Origin: Balanoglossus misakiensis
Taxonomy: Eukaryota > Animalia > Hemichordata
Reading direction: 5' to 3'
Length of the DNA: 64,000 nucleotides
Assembly (NCBI GenBank): GCA_040954595.2
Contig: CM082598.2
Coordinates: 9,749,097 to 9,813,096 of the forward strand
A program made the position numbers and the translations under genes. Positions 1 to 14,100 of the stretch are shown piece after piece (positions within the stretch are counted from its first letter, which is position 1; every line of letters begins with the position of its first letter). The notes beneath the pieces were generated by a model. That model was not told where the DNA came from. It did no database searches and saw only the letters and a list, made by a program, of their open reading frames with translations.

Positions 1-884
1 TTGTCTCCGTGGTGGGTAATGCTGCTGTCTTTTCGGAGAAGATTGTCTTCAGCGAAAGCAGTCAATCACTGAAACAGGTCCTAAGGGCGTTCACCTGGCT
101 CAAGGCGAATATCACAAAAATCAAGTAGATCCGGGGCACCGGTCGATTGAAATCCATAATGGAGACGGACGGTTTGCCATATGATGTCAAGGGATGTGGA
201 CTTCTGAACAATGGTGTTACGGTCAATGATGGGACAGAAATTAGCAATCTGTCCAAGCACGAGTTCCAATGCAGATGCTTTCTGTTGTGCAGTACGGCCT
301 TTGGGAGTTGGAACAGTTTCCTCATCGTCTGTAAATCCTCTATGAACGACAGACTTGCAATGGATCTCTTTCCCCATGTAGCGCCCTCATCCAGGAAAGG
401 GGAGAAATAAGTATAAAATCAAAGTTCTGGCGCCAACTCTCGAATGATGTAATAGTTTCAGACTTACTTAAGCACCATTGCTTCGGCGCTCGCTGCACGC
501 CCGCCATGTCGAAACACTGAGGCAGGTTTTCTCGACGAAATGTGACTTCAAGTTACGTATGTGTAACTCACTGGCTGTACACTTATGTGTGTAGAAGTCC
601 TGCTGTGACTGAATGTTCAGCAACTGGAAATTACCGTATTGTTGCCAATGACGAGGGTAGATGATCGACGCTGCCACCATGCCAACGTGGACACAACCAC
701 TGTGTTGTCAGACACCAGCAAGACTACAACCAGGCACGTAAGGACGATAACACGAACGGTTTTATTACGAACGAACTACACCGCTGTTACAACATGGCGG
801 ACGAGCAGAAAGAGAGAGAGAGCTACGCTACAGGCAAAGCATTGTGGGTAGTGAGGTCAAGGGTTAAACTACTAACAACTAACA
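1..884 (-). mobile_element. Gypsy LTR retrotransposon 5' end: LTR (about 680..884), tRNA-Leu-type PBS (669..679), degenerate gag
   Basis: Minus strand TGTTAG...AATAAA...GGCA followed by TGGTGGCAGCG; ORF 81..377 resembles a Gypsy gag N-terminus ([13 protein letters not shown]...[10 protein letters not shown]). Confidence 0.75.
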
Positions 885-898
885 TAGTGGCACATTAT

Positions 899-1186
899 AC
901 ACATGATGACTGTCAATGAGGGCAACTGTATTTTGATGACCGAGGGCACTGCTAGTCACAACTACAACTGGCAGTCCCGAGGTCATCAAAAATACACTGT
1001 TGCCCGAATATGTCAGTCGTCATGTGTTTTGTAACACCAAACACGGAATTATATCAAGACGGGGCAACAGTACCGGGCAGAAACCGATCAAAATGATGCC
1101 CTAGGGAACAGTTCGAAATGACTAAGGTCACGTGACGGCGTATTGACGAATCACAATCGAGGGTTCGCTGCATGGTGTGTTACAAA
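899..1186 (+). mobile_element. GA-mismatch hairpin element (hairpin 899..1027 plus IR-bounded body)
   Basis: Arms pair except for opposed GA dinucleotides and small indels; IR tttgtaacacca / tggtgtgttacaaa. Confidence 0.65.
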
Positions 1187-1691
1187 TGTAAATTAGCTGT
1201 GACTTTGTACCATTTGACACTCTTAATTACCAACCGTTCTTCCTGACATTAATTAGACCTAACAGTTCTGCCCTGTCAAGTTACATTAAGAGTCATGAAA
1301 AGTATTCAACAAATGTTTTACTTTGGTGTGTGAAGTAGTTTCATAAAAAACAATAATTGTGTCAAATGACATACAGCTCGGTACTAGTAATATATCTAGT
1401 TGCATCTGTTTGAGCACTGTCTATTTTCTTTACATGTAATGGACATGATTGAACAAATATTTTAGACACACTGATAATTGCAATAAATTGACATCATTTG
1501 CCTTTTCAAATGAGGTGTGCAAGTCTAGAATAACAGTGATTTTATACCAGCTTCACACTGGGTAAAATTTGAGACACTATTTAACTATGGTAAACATGGA
1601 ACATTAATCCTTTGAGTCGCGTTGTCATAATGAAGTATGAGTTTATGTTTGATGGTGCAAGGCAAGATTTATTGAAATTAGTTGTATATGT

Positions 1692-1980
1692 TACCAGGTT
1701 CACACAGGGTAAAATTTAATACACTATTTGCCTATGGAAAACACAGAGCATTAATCCTTTCAGTCGCGGTGTGTCCACACACACAAAGTTTATGTATAGG
1801 CACTGAGGCTCGGCCCCATAGCCAATGGGTTGCGGAGAGGTGTTAATCCTTACAACGGCTCAGGTCTGGCCGGCAAAGCTGTCTCAAATCTAAGACATTT
1901 CAGGACACATAATAATTTACGCCAGTGTTTGATCTGAGACGGTTCAGAAACGTTTTAATGGTCCCTGTGCGATCCCCATA
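1692..1980 (+). repeat. Interspersed MITE-like family TACCAGGTTCACACAGGG...CCCTGTGTGACCCC (also 36973..37370, 46352..46654; fragments near 1545 and 54945..55215)
   Basis: Three near-identical copies, short imperfect inverted ends. Confidence 0.8.
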
Positions 1981-2010
1981 TTAGTAATACCACTTTGTAT
2001 TTGTTTGCAG

Positions 2011-2169
2011 GGTGATAAGCCAATTTCGGATGAGAGATTGAAACGGATCAGTGAATTGATAGAGCCATGGTTTATATTTTCACTGGTGTGGAGTGTTGGA
2101 GCCACTGTAGACATTAATGGAAGAGCCAAACTCAGTGAATGGTTACGTGACAAAATGAAGAAAGAAGGG
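2011..2169 (+). CDS. DNAH1: Dynein heavy chain exon ([10 protein letters not shown]...KMKKEG), post-AAA2 lid region
   Basis: ttgcag acceptor, gtatgt donor, phase 0/0, motif [11 protein letters not shown]. Confidence 0.88.
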
Positions 2170-5100
2170 GTATGTTGTCAACTGGTCATCAGTGTAGATT
2201 ATAGCATTGATGAGTATTTCACTATTTCTTTTCTCTGTGGGTTTCCTGGCATTCCTTAAAGGGACAAAGTCTCTCTCTCGCTGCCCTTTTGGTCACGTTT
2301 GTTCTTGTGGCTTATGGCTTGGGAGTGCCGTGGATCGAAAAAATGACAACACTTACTCTAACCGTTTAATACACCCTAACCCTGACCGTTGAATATACCT
2401 AACATGTCAATAAACAAACGTGACCATATTTATTTATTATGCCAATCAATAACAGCAACAACAACAACAAACAATAAAGTCGCTGAGGGAGAGCCCCCTG
2501 TGTCGGAATCAGGTTGTTTGCACTCATATTAATGGTGGGTGTGGCCGTGAGCTGTTGTCATGGTAACAATAGCATAATTCTAGGGGTACTCATACAGTTA
2601 AAAACGAAATATTTCAGGATCTGAGAAAGCTAGAGATAAAAATTAATATTCAGTCTTATAAAGTAGGGTGCGAGCCAGCCAATGATTACATGTCAGGCAA
2701 GGTCAGAGGTCAAGTTCTTCCTCAAAACTTGGTTAAAGTGAAAAATTCGGTATTTTTTGCATATCGATTATACATAGTTTTGATTTACCGGAAGACGGTT
2801 TGCTCGAGGAGGCTGCATGTAAATTGATCAACAGTTACAATATTTAGAAAGTGCAGTGTGGTTTACGGAACTGTTTATTATCGAAATTCTGTTACCATAA
2901 CGACTGGTGTCAAATTCACTATGTCTGCCATAATAGGAAATACACATACCTTTGAACCCAGTACAGCTTTCGACATAAACCAACTACATGTAACCCTATA
3001 TACATGTATAATTTTGAGTTTGGGCTATGATATCGATTGTTGCATGTTTAATATAAATTAATACCAAAGATGTGAATCGGCTTATTTTTCTTAAAGCTAA
3101 CATTCCTTGCTTCCTGATGACCAATTTACAGCCTCCTCGAGCAAACCGTCTTCTGGTAAATCAAAACTATGTATGATTGATATGCAAAAAATAGCGAAAT
3201 TTTCGCTTTGACCCCAAGTTTTGAGGATGAACTTGACCTCTGACCTCGTCGGTCATGTAATCATTGGATAGCTTGCACCCGACTTTATAAAACTGAATGT
3301 TTAAATTTTATCTCTAGTTTTCTCAGATCCTATATTTCATTTTTTAACTGTATGAGTATCCGAAAAATTATGCTATCATACCCTGACAACAGCTCCTCAC
3401 GGCCACACCCACCTTTAATATGAGTGCAATTAACAACCTGACAGCTAGATAAATAGGCTTTCCAAAAATTTATGTCTGCAAAACTTCCTGGGGGGGGGGG
3501 GGGGGTGTAGGTTTCGGTCTCTGGCCCATGGACTAATATCCTTTAAACCAATTAAGGATGTACGTTCAGTAAAATTGAAAGTATTGTCATTTTTTTTAAT
3601 TGTGGATTTTTGGATTCTCCTTTGTATGTATAATGAAAATCCGTAATAAAATATAGGGGTCACCGTGCTTGTTTATGAAATACAGAGCTATGAATTTGGT
3701 CGATAATAGAAGAAATCTGCTGACTCAGCATTTTTCATCAATGGTTTGTCTATGGGTAAATTTTTTAGCGCAATTTATCTCAAAATAGAGCGCGGTCACC
3801 CCTATATTTTACTTGACCAATGAATTTATATTTGCTGGACTGAGCTATGTGTGAAATTTCGTGAAATTGACAATAGTAGAAATTTGTTTTCTGGCGATTA
3901 TCAATGTTATCACATACATAGCTCCGCATATACCATAGTATGACGTCAGACGTAGGTAAATTTGCACCAAGTGTTATTGTAATACCCATCCCTCTGACGT
4001 CACCAAACGGAACTATTTTAAACTTGTAAACAAAGTCCTCTTAGGGCGACAAAATTCAGTGCAATTGTTGGTTTTATTTCGATATTAAAAAATAAGCAAA
4101 GATAAATAAAATGTTTCGTATGTGTAAATATGGACGATCGACGATAAGTTTTACCTGTTTACATTTTTATCGCACCAACCGGCACCAAAACTGTCGCGAG
4201 GTTGTCAGTGCTGAGCCAATGTCGTCGCGTTGTCGAACGAGCGACAGGTACAAAACTGAGTATTCGCAAAAATTTTGATGCGACGATTAGAGCAAAACGG
4301 TCTCGTCATGAAGCAAAAGGCATAAGAAAGGTTTCCTGCTCCAGTGAAACCTTGACGGACGATGAAATCCTGCTGACGCACGACAGACGGGTCCTCGCCA
4401 AAACCAGAATCGTCCAGGTCGTGACCTGAGTCACCTGACAGATAGACCGCATAACATCGATCTTCAATTTTGCACAAAATAGTTCCAAATTTTATCGCAA
4501 CCACAAAGAGATTTATTTGAAAATCAAAATTAGCGGATCTATGTATGTGATAAACATATTATTCCCCCGTATTCCTCACTCGTGTACCTGCGTCGCGAAC
4601 TCGTGATTCCCCGTATAGCGGTATCCCTCCTCGCCTGCGGCTCGGAGGGATACGGCCGCTATACGGGGAATCACTCGTCTGCGACGCAGGCACACTCGTT
4701 CGAAATACGGAGGAATTATATATAATAATCCTATGGGGAAAAAGACGGGGCGCGCAGTGTTTCCGGTTTATGTTCTGCGCGTACATCCTTAAACCTTGAA
4801 ATTCTCCAATTGTTTATTGTCTTTCCCGTAGGTGAAGTTACCCTTCCCAGGGAGTAACTCAGTATATGAGTATCAATTAGATGATGCAGGCATTAGTCAA
4901 ACGAGGAGTAAAGACGACGATGAAGATGAGGAAGGTGGAACCAAAACGAAAGAGGTATCAAACATCACATTTAAAGCCTCTAGAGCTGCCAATTTTTGCA
5001 ATATTTCCATGATTTTAGTTTCCAACTTAGACTGGGTCCAACAACATAAGCATACTGATAGGTACACATGAACATCTCATCGACAATTGTGGCTGTATGT

Positions 5101-8100
5101 TGCAATTTGAACAAGTGATATTAAACCGGTGCTGCACCCGTTAATCGGCATCCATATATACTGTACAAAACTCGCCAAGAGATGACAAACTGATGCAAAT
5201 ACAAGTAATATGGCTTGATGGTGAGGATAGGGAATAGATTGGAAGTATTTTAATGTGGAAAAAAATATGTGACGTGCAGCTCTAGAGGCTTTAAGGTGGA
5301 ATGTGCCTTGAAAATCAAAGACAAAACTTTCTCATATTTGGTCAAGGCAACTTTAAATTATTTTCTCTTAAAATTGAGAATGAAAATTATGGGTCGCCAC
5401 GGAAAATTGTAATGTAAGAGCAAAATTGCCTCAAATTGTCTTCAAAATGGCCGCCAATCTCTGTGTTAACTCTATGGGGAAAAATTTAAGTGGTATTAAA
5501 GTTTTATGAAAACAGACAGTGAACACCCAGTTTTGTTCTATGTTTACAAACAAGACTCCTCACACGCTTTAATATCACAAATAATTGGAAGGTTTTTCTG
5601 AGATTCTATCCCAAAGACACATTTCACAGTTATCCACAATATGCTGTAGTTACTGTTATTTTTTATTTGCATCTTGGTGATGTAACTGTTATCATATGCC
5701 TAGATTCACATGCCCATGGATGTATAAAGTCTATGGGGAAAAGCGCCCTCACATCCGTGCAGTTTTTATGCTTATCACGCCCTGACCCAGTGACCATATT
5801 TGGAAGACGCGTACAATATCCGGATCTACTTTTGTTTATATTGCGCGAGATTCATCAAAGTTGTCGTTGCTATGTTCAGAGTGCCATTTGTCTGGTGTCA
5901 GTGACTAGTTTTGCACTTGCAGTGTGTGTACGTCCATGGTGTATGTCGAGACCGAATCCCATCCTCTCCCGTAATTGCTGCATGTTGTAGAGCTGATATC
6001 TAAGTAATATTGTGATTTGATCTGATTAATGTGTGACTGTCAGCGTCGATTGTCGAGAGGAAAAAATACTATCTCGCTCGAGGAATACGGCTCTATGCTA
6101 CGCGATTAATCATTTCAAAATGACAGAAGAATACGTTTTATTTACATTCCAAAATATTACAGAATGTATATTTCAATAATTTCTTGTAGATAATCATTCA
6201 ATAAGGCATATGATAAAACCTTTACGGCCAAGATACGGGTTTGCGGCACCTCGGTCGTACGACGATTCGCGTCCTCCCTGTGGTTGGGCGCTTCCGCCAA
6301 ACGACCTCTTATCAGGACACCTGTATATTCAGGACAGATTTTTCATGAAAAAAATCACTGTTTGAATAGAATATTACCTGTCTATAAAGGACACCTCTCT
6401 ATTATTAAGGACAGTTTTTCTGGTACCAGAGGTATCCTTATTAGGCAGGTTTCACTGTACAACTTTGCTTTTCATGCTATGGCATGAGTTCAAGTTCATA
6501 TAGATTTTGCAACTCTGTTTTTTATGTGTAATTATCATATAATTGACTAGATTGATGGAGTTATGGCAGTAAATAAAATCAGGCTTTATTTATGCAATAA
6601 CCCCCGCCGCAGGTATACGCGAGATTTGGGTACAATTCGAGACATATAGCACGAGCCGTGAGGCGAGTGCTATATGGAGTGAATTGTACCCAAATCGAGT
6701 GTATACGGATATAATACCCGACTGAGGCGGGGGTTATTGCTATTATATTAAATATCAACAATTGATTTTGCGGCATATCAGTGTCATTTTCTTAACGAAA
6801 CGGCGTCAGAAAGAGAAATTACGATCGTGAACCAACATGGCGACGATTAAAAGGGATCGAGCAAAATGAAGCAGACGACAAAAAGTTACAAGACGGGCAT
6901 CGCGCGCGGCAAAGTGACAAATATTTTCACAGAGCAGTTCCAAAATAAAACGTCCGTTTATTCAACAGTGTTTTTATTTTAGTCATTTGGTTTAAATACA
7001 CACGACTGTGGTTTTGCTGTCTCATGCTAGTTCAGGGGCCCGTTTTAGCAGTGCTATATTGAGTATTATAGCATCGCTGGATTGAGCGTTGTCCAATCAG
7101 AATGGCGGGCGGTAGCATGATATAATATAATTAGAGAATGATGAACGCCTCGAAGACCCATAATGGACGAAAGCACACATTGTGCGTCATAATGTACGAG
7201 GCGAAGCCAAGTACATTATGGAGTACAATGTGTGCTTGAGTCCATTATGGTCTTTGGGGTGTACATTATTCTTATTGTTTTATAGTTTTATCAATGCCAG
7301 TGAATTTGCAGACGTCAAAAATCTTTAAAATACCATAGGTGCGACTTGGTTGTTGCGAAACAATATTCCATGGGCATATGTTATTTCATGTCGATATGCA
7401 TGATATGGTTTGACTTCATCAGGAAAATACATTTTATTGTCGGGCCATTTTGAGGTGGCGAGGTCAATGAACTTCAACAGCGTAGGGTCACACGCGGTTT
7501 CTTCACGTAATTTCTCTAATTTCTGGTCTGATATGGGCATTTGATTGATGATACTGAGTTCGACTTCGTCAACAGCTATTTCACATTTGCTGCCATTGAG
7601 TTTCAATCCGGACTCGCGAACTTTGTCTAGGAATTGACAGAGGTTTTTGTCATGCTCGTCATCAGAAGTAGCTTGTAGTAGCATATCGTCTACAATGACT
7701 TCAATACCTTCTAAATCACCAAATTCATCTATCATGGCTCTTTGCCAAGTTTCGCTTGCAGAGCTAATACCAAATGGCATTCTCTTAAACATATATCTAC
7801 CCCAGGGGGTGTTGAACGTGGTTAGCTGGAACTCGCGTCACTAAGTTTGAGTTGCCAATAACCTGACGTGGCGTCGAACTTGGAAAAAATATTCGCGTCT
7901 GGCTTTCGCGTTACGACGTCTTCTAACGTGGCGTTTGGAAAGTGCTCACGACGTATTGCTTTGTTTAATTCTTGCGGATCTAGGCATACGCGCAATTGGC
8001 CATTCTTTTTCATGACCACGGTGATTTGACTAACCCAATCGGTTGGCTCGGTGACGGGTTCAATTACATCAAGTAAAACCATACGATCTAATTCTGCTTT

Positions 8101-11100
8101 GACTTTGTCTCTCAATTTGTGAGGGATTTGTCGTGGTGGTAACTGAACTGGGGTTACACTGGGGTCAATTTGTATGTCATACTCACAGTTGTTCAGACAA
8201 CCAAGGCCTTCGAATAAATCCTTGTTTTTGTCAAGTAACCTTTGAGCTTGTTTAGTACGCTTTGAGTGATTTTTCTGAAGCAGTTGAAATATTGCTATTC
8301 TGTTTGGGGACAGGACCACAGGTTTGTACATGAAATTCCCTTTTCAAAAGATTTAACTTTTCACATGTATCACGACCAAGGATGGGCACAACATTACCTG
8401 TAACAACTTGAAATGTGATGGGAATGGGCTTACTCTGTGTGATTTTGCCATTCACACCTTGTGTATTCACTCTCACTTTGAGCTTGATCTGGCCAATGGG
8501 CTTAATCACATGATTGCTGTATGATTTCAAAGTTACTTTTGAACACTTCAAATGAGTGTGCTTAGGTACCAAAGATTTCAATACAGACACTGGAATAATA
8601 TCAACTTGTGAACCACTATCTAGTTTGAAGGATACATTGGTGTCTCCAATGCGACAACTTTGAGACCAGTCTTTTGATCTGCTATCAGTTTCAGTTTCAA
8701 GAGTTCTGACAGTTAAAGTGTCAATGGTGAACTGTGCGATGTCTTCATCACTGCTATCTGCATGAGTAACTGCTTTCACTGCACGCTGGCTACGTGGGTG
8801 CTTGCTTGACCTGGCTCGTGACATTGACTGCTGGGCAGGATGTTGTGTTGTGGGGCTGGCACAACGGTTGTTGGTACGCTGGGAAGTACCTCTACACTTA
8901 CTTGCAAAGTGGTTTGGTTTTCCGCATTTCCGGCATGTTTTGCCATATGCTGGGCATTTTCCAGAATCATGTTCATAGGGACAGTTCGGACACTGCCTGT
9001 TCCCTGCGGGAGGTCGACGCGTAAACTTCTGGTGGGACTTAATTACCACGTGACTGTTTACCGCCTGCACACTTGACATCGTGTACATCAACTGGACTAT
9101 CGTTATCGATGAACGAGAGTGATCTCATCTGATCTGCGGATAGTTCGGCTGCTTTGCAGGTGTTGACTGCTTTCTGCAGTGTGAGGTCGTCAGTTCGGAG
9201 AAGTCTTTCTCGAACTTTCTCATCTCTGATTCCACACACTATGCGATCACGAAGAAATTCATCCGCCAAATCTTGGGGTAAACTGCAGTCTTTGCGCAAC
9301 GTGCGTAATGACGTCAAATAGTCGGTGAACGACTCGTTGATTTTCTGTTGTCTTGAGTTGAATAGATAACGGTTTACGGTTATGTTTTTCCTTGGCTCAC
9401 AATAACCGGTGAACTTTTCAATGACTGGATCGATTTTGTGTTCATCTCTGGGATCGGCGAACTCGAACGTGTCGAAGACTTGCCGCGCAGCGGTACCAGC
9501 TACATGTAGAAATGTGGCGACTTGTACGGCCTCATCTTTTTTGTTCAGTTCTGCTGCCATGGCGAATGTTTCCCAACTGCGACGAAACTCCTTCCAGTTT
9601 TGCGCAACGTTACCATCTAGGCTTAGATGTACTGGAGGTTTCAGTTGAATGTTGGATTGAGCCATTTTTCCTCAACTTCTGACACCATGTGTTGTATTGG
9701 GACTCCGTACGCCATGAAGTCTAGTCAACAGAGTGCCAAAACGAGGCAACTTACTTTATTATCATAAGTCAACATAGAGGGCAGTATTACAGATAGTAAT
9801 GTACAAGGCATTCAAAGTAACATACATTACACAGCTGTGAAATCACAAAATTCACTGGTATTGATAAAGCTATAATATAACATAATATAATAAATATAAT
9901 TTTCCTTCTGTTAGGAATTTACATCACTATAAAATTGAGATATATGATGCTGAAGTGTTACCAATTGACGTAGCATTCCCACATGTTAACAACATTGTGA
10001 ATTGTTTTATAGTTAACAATGTTGATATGGTAGTTCAAATTCTGAATGATTGATTTTTTTCTCTCTTGTTCAGCTTAGCACAGTCAGAGAAGTTTCTAAG
10101 CCAGATGTCAGTGTAAGCAAGAAATGCAAGGTTAGAGCGAGCAGATAGGGTAGTGTAAGGACATGCATGCAATTAGTGAAACAGGCATAAGGATGTATGT
10201 GCAGAATATACAGCGCGCGTGTGTCTCTTTCCCATAGGATTACATTGATAATTGCTAGGAAACATACCGGTACTTATACGGTACGTCATTTTCATGAAAT
10301 TTTACACATACCTCAGTCAAGTAAATTCATTGGTCAAATAAAATCGTAGGGTCACGCGCTCTATTTTGAGATGAATTTCGTTAAATATTTTGCCCATATA
10401 CAAACCATTGGGAAACAAAAGGTCAACTGTGCATTAATATACACCCCTTGAAAATGTTTCTAAGTCTTCCAAGGCCCCTGCAGTCATTGTCCTTATAACT
10501 GTATCCACAGGTTCTCATTCTCCAGCAAATTCATGTCTATCACCTTTCCCAATACTTGTCCTGACCCTTTGTAATTGTAAAATTTCTAGCTTTTTTTCAA
10601 TTTCTCTTTCCTTTTTACTGTATTTTTGTCTATTTTAGGATGTTGAGTGTTACATTCATGTATGTTTGTTTTCCACACCAGGTGAAATGGGTTGGTTGGA
10701 TGGACAGCCAACCAGAGTTCAAGATCAATCCAGATGCAAAATTCTCGGATATCATTGTACCTACATCAGATACAGTGAGATCAGCATACCTTATTGAGAA
10801 GCTCCTCACAAACAAAAAAACTGTAAGAAAAACTGTTTAAGAAATATATGCTGACAATGGTATTTTTTTTAGCAATAACAGCTCTGATCTGCAGTACAGT
10901 AAATCCTTTCTAAACCGAACCCGGTATAATCCTGCCCCTTTGACATTGAAGCACATGTTAAAAGAACCTCTTTAAACCGGTCACCTCTACAAATCGAACA
11001 GTTTCTACAGTCCCTTTGGTGTTCGGTTTAGAAAGGTTTTACTGTATGTGTGTTGCTGTGGTAAGCCTTCAATCATGTATAAAGATGCTAAAAAAGAAAT

Positions 11101-14100
11101 ACATGCACTAGAAATTACCAGTTCGTCAGAGAAAGCATTGTCAGTACAGCCATTAAAGGTATACGGTCATCTTAGACTCTCTCACAGCCCCTCTTGCCGT
11201 CCATGCAGGCTTATGGCCTGATTGCATGTCTGCCCGGTGAGAGGTTTGCTACACAACTTCTTCTTTGCTAAACGGTTGAAGGCGCATCAGTGAAGGGCCT
11301 TGTAGCGAACCGTAGGCTGTGAGAGAGTCTAACGGTCACCTGTGCAAATTTAGCTACAGTTACCATGGCAAATTTAGATCCAGCCAATCACAGATTTTCA
11401 GTGGGTGGCACACATGAAAAAAAGAGCGCCAGCATATGTTCTTTAGAACACTCAAATACCGGTACGCAATTTCAGCCATATATGGGTGTGTGTAAATTGA
11501 TGGTGACCATATACCTTTAATTAAGAACCAACGATTGGCCCTTCCTGTCTGTCATAATAGGACATGTACCATGCAAATCAATGCTATTTCTAGGGACATT
11601 ACAGCCAAATGATGTGTATTTGTAAGGGACTTCAATTTCGAGGGTCATTCCTGTGTATAGTTGAGACCCTATGACGTTGGGCGATCTATAGATTATCTTT
11701 TATCAGTAATATAGTGTTCTTTTACAGTTATTTACAATATCGACAAGGAATGCCACATTGTTTTTATAAGAATGTTTATTATCATCATCATCATCAACAT
11801 CAACAACACCAATAGCAACAACAAGATTTCTAAGTTCCCTGTGCTACACTTAGCTGTATTATATTCTGCCTTGTAGGTTCTCTGCGTTGGTGATACTGGT
11901 AGCGGTAAGACTCTGACAATAGCCAGCAAGCTACTGAATCAAATGCCCAAAGACTACGTCCCGAATTTCATCTCATTCTCAGCTAGAACAAGTGCAAACC
12001 AGACACAAGATTTGATAGATGGAAAACTTGACAAGCGGTGAGTTTTTACAGAAGTCGCGTTTACTCAAAAAGTATGCGTATTTGACGCAACAAAATACCT
12101 ACTTGACACAAAAATGTGAAATTACCTTCCTGAATTCTACCAAATTTCGACAAACTCAATTGACTATTTTCATGCGTAGCAGTGTGCATTTGGAACATTA
12201 ACAGTGATAGCTTTCAGGTTGAATCCTTTGGTATTGTATGCAAGAAATGGTCATTAGTGTGAACATTTCACTCAGAGGTCGTGTTTACACAAAAGTATGC
12301 ATAATTGATGCAAAAATACTCGCTTGACACGAAAATCTTAATCAGTGCGTATCTAGTTGCATAATGGACAACATAAACCGTACGCGTATCGGCTGACTAT
12401 GTCTAAAGATGGCACAGTGTGGGCCTGGGATCAAAACAACCTCCAGTGCACACGACCTTTTGTACTCAAAATGTTGCTAATTTTGTTTAATGGATATTGC
12501 ACTTGATATGTATGCGACATAGGCTGAAAGGAGTTTGACACAATTTTTTTGATAAATACGTTAAAAATATGCACTCAAAAAAATGTAACAGCAACCTCTG
12601 TTTTTAGCTCCACTGTCAGTGGTGTGGTGTGGAACTTATCAGATAGGTTGATTTTCTGGCATCTGTTTGTCTGTCCGTCTATCAGATTTTTGTTCAAACT
12701 GTGATAAAATCTGATAGTGTGATGATTTCAGTTCTCACTCAGAGTGAAAATATTATTCAGTATTTTCAATCGGTGAAAATACCAGCTCATATCTTCACTG
12801 TGAGAACAATAGAAAGTGGCAAATACAAGCGTTGCATGTATGATAATGATGTGTATATACACAAGTTTATTTATCTGACCTCACTGTCAACATTCTCTGA
12901 AAGAAAAATCAAATCAGACTACTGAAGTAATCCTTGAATAAATATTTTTTTTCTATGATGTAGCCGTAAAGGTGTGTTTGGTCCACCATTGGGGAAGAAT
13001 TTTGTGTTCTTTGTGGACGATTTGAATATGCCAGCGTTAGAAGTATATGGCGCACAACCACCAATTGAAATCATACGTCAGTGGATGGATCATCATGGCT
13101 GGTATGATAGGAAACAAATTGGTAAGTTAGTTTAGACTTTTTCTGAAGGTACTGTAAAACGGGTTATTTTCATGACAGGAAATTTTCATGATATCAAAAG
13201 CAGCAACTGTTAGGCGAGGATTAATTTTCGCATTCTCGTATTTCACTAACTGCATCGTTATCTGCGAAAATCATTTCACGCTTCTTTTTTATTTTCACGT
13301 GTTTTGGCTCTCGCGTATAACGCGAAAATTTATTTCTCACAAAAATAACCCGTTTTACAGTACCGTTAAAGTCTTATTTTTAGATGCATTTTTTTACCAA
13401 TGTTGCAAGTTTTTTATTGCTACAATGTCCATAAAATCGGGTGCGTCTAATAACATGGCCTTATGCCAAGTTTCAAAACAAACTTTTTCTGTTGTCAGGA
13501 GAAGACATCGCCAAAAATCAGAAATAAAGAAAGTACTTCCCAGTATGCAATCATACACTTCTACTCTTGCTGCATGACTCGTGTTCTTTCATTTTGCTCA
13601 AAAGTCTAAAGCCTTTTCCTCAAACAGTTAAAAATCGTTTTATTCATACAAAGTTTGAGTTTTTGAAATCTTCAAGTGTCATGTCTTGTCCACCCTGTAA
13701 TGTAATCTGAGACTTAGCGTCTACTTCCACATAAACAATGTTGCAAATTACATTACATGCCCATTGATAAAATCAGGCACACTGTCGGGTCACCTTCTGG
13801 GTCAACACTAATGAAGCCATGTGTCAATGGGTGACAAAGCATCAAATGTCAAAGTGACAGCCATTGAAAACTTCAACCAATCAGAGTACTGTAAATTCCT
13901 CCATTTAAGCGCCACTTTTTAACCATTTCAAATTTTGGTGGCGCTTTAAAGGGGCAATTTTCAATCCCTGGTTCTCGCATTAGTAGGTGCTCCTCCTAGT
14001 GATACATTAGGCTAGTTGCGATGTTTAACTTACAGTACGTTAGATACACACACAAATCGCAACAATTTACCACCTTGGCTAATCCTATAAACAGATTGTC

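Noticed and set aside
9039-9091. Programmed gag-pol frameshift in the overlap of two Gypsy ORFs
   Set aside because: The break falls before the gag zinc knuckle and the element has other frameshifts, so decay is the simpler explanation.
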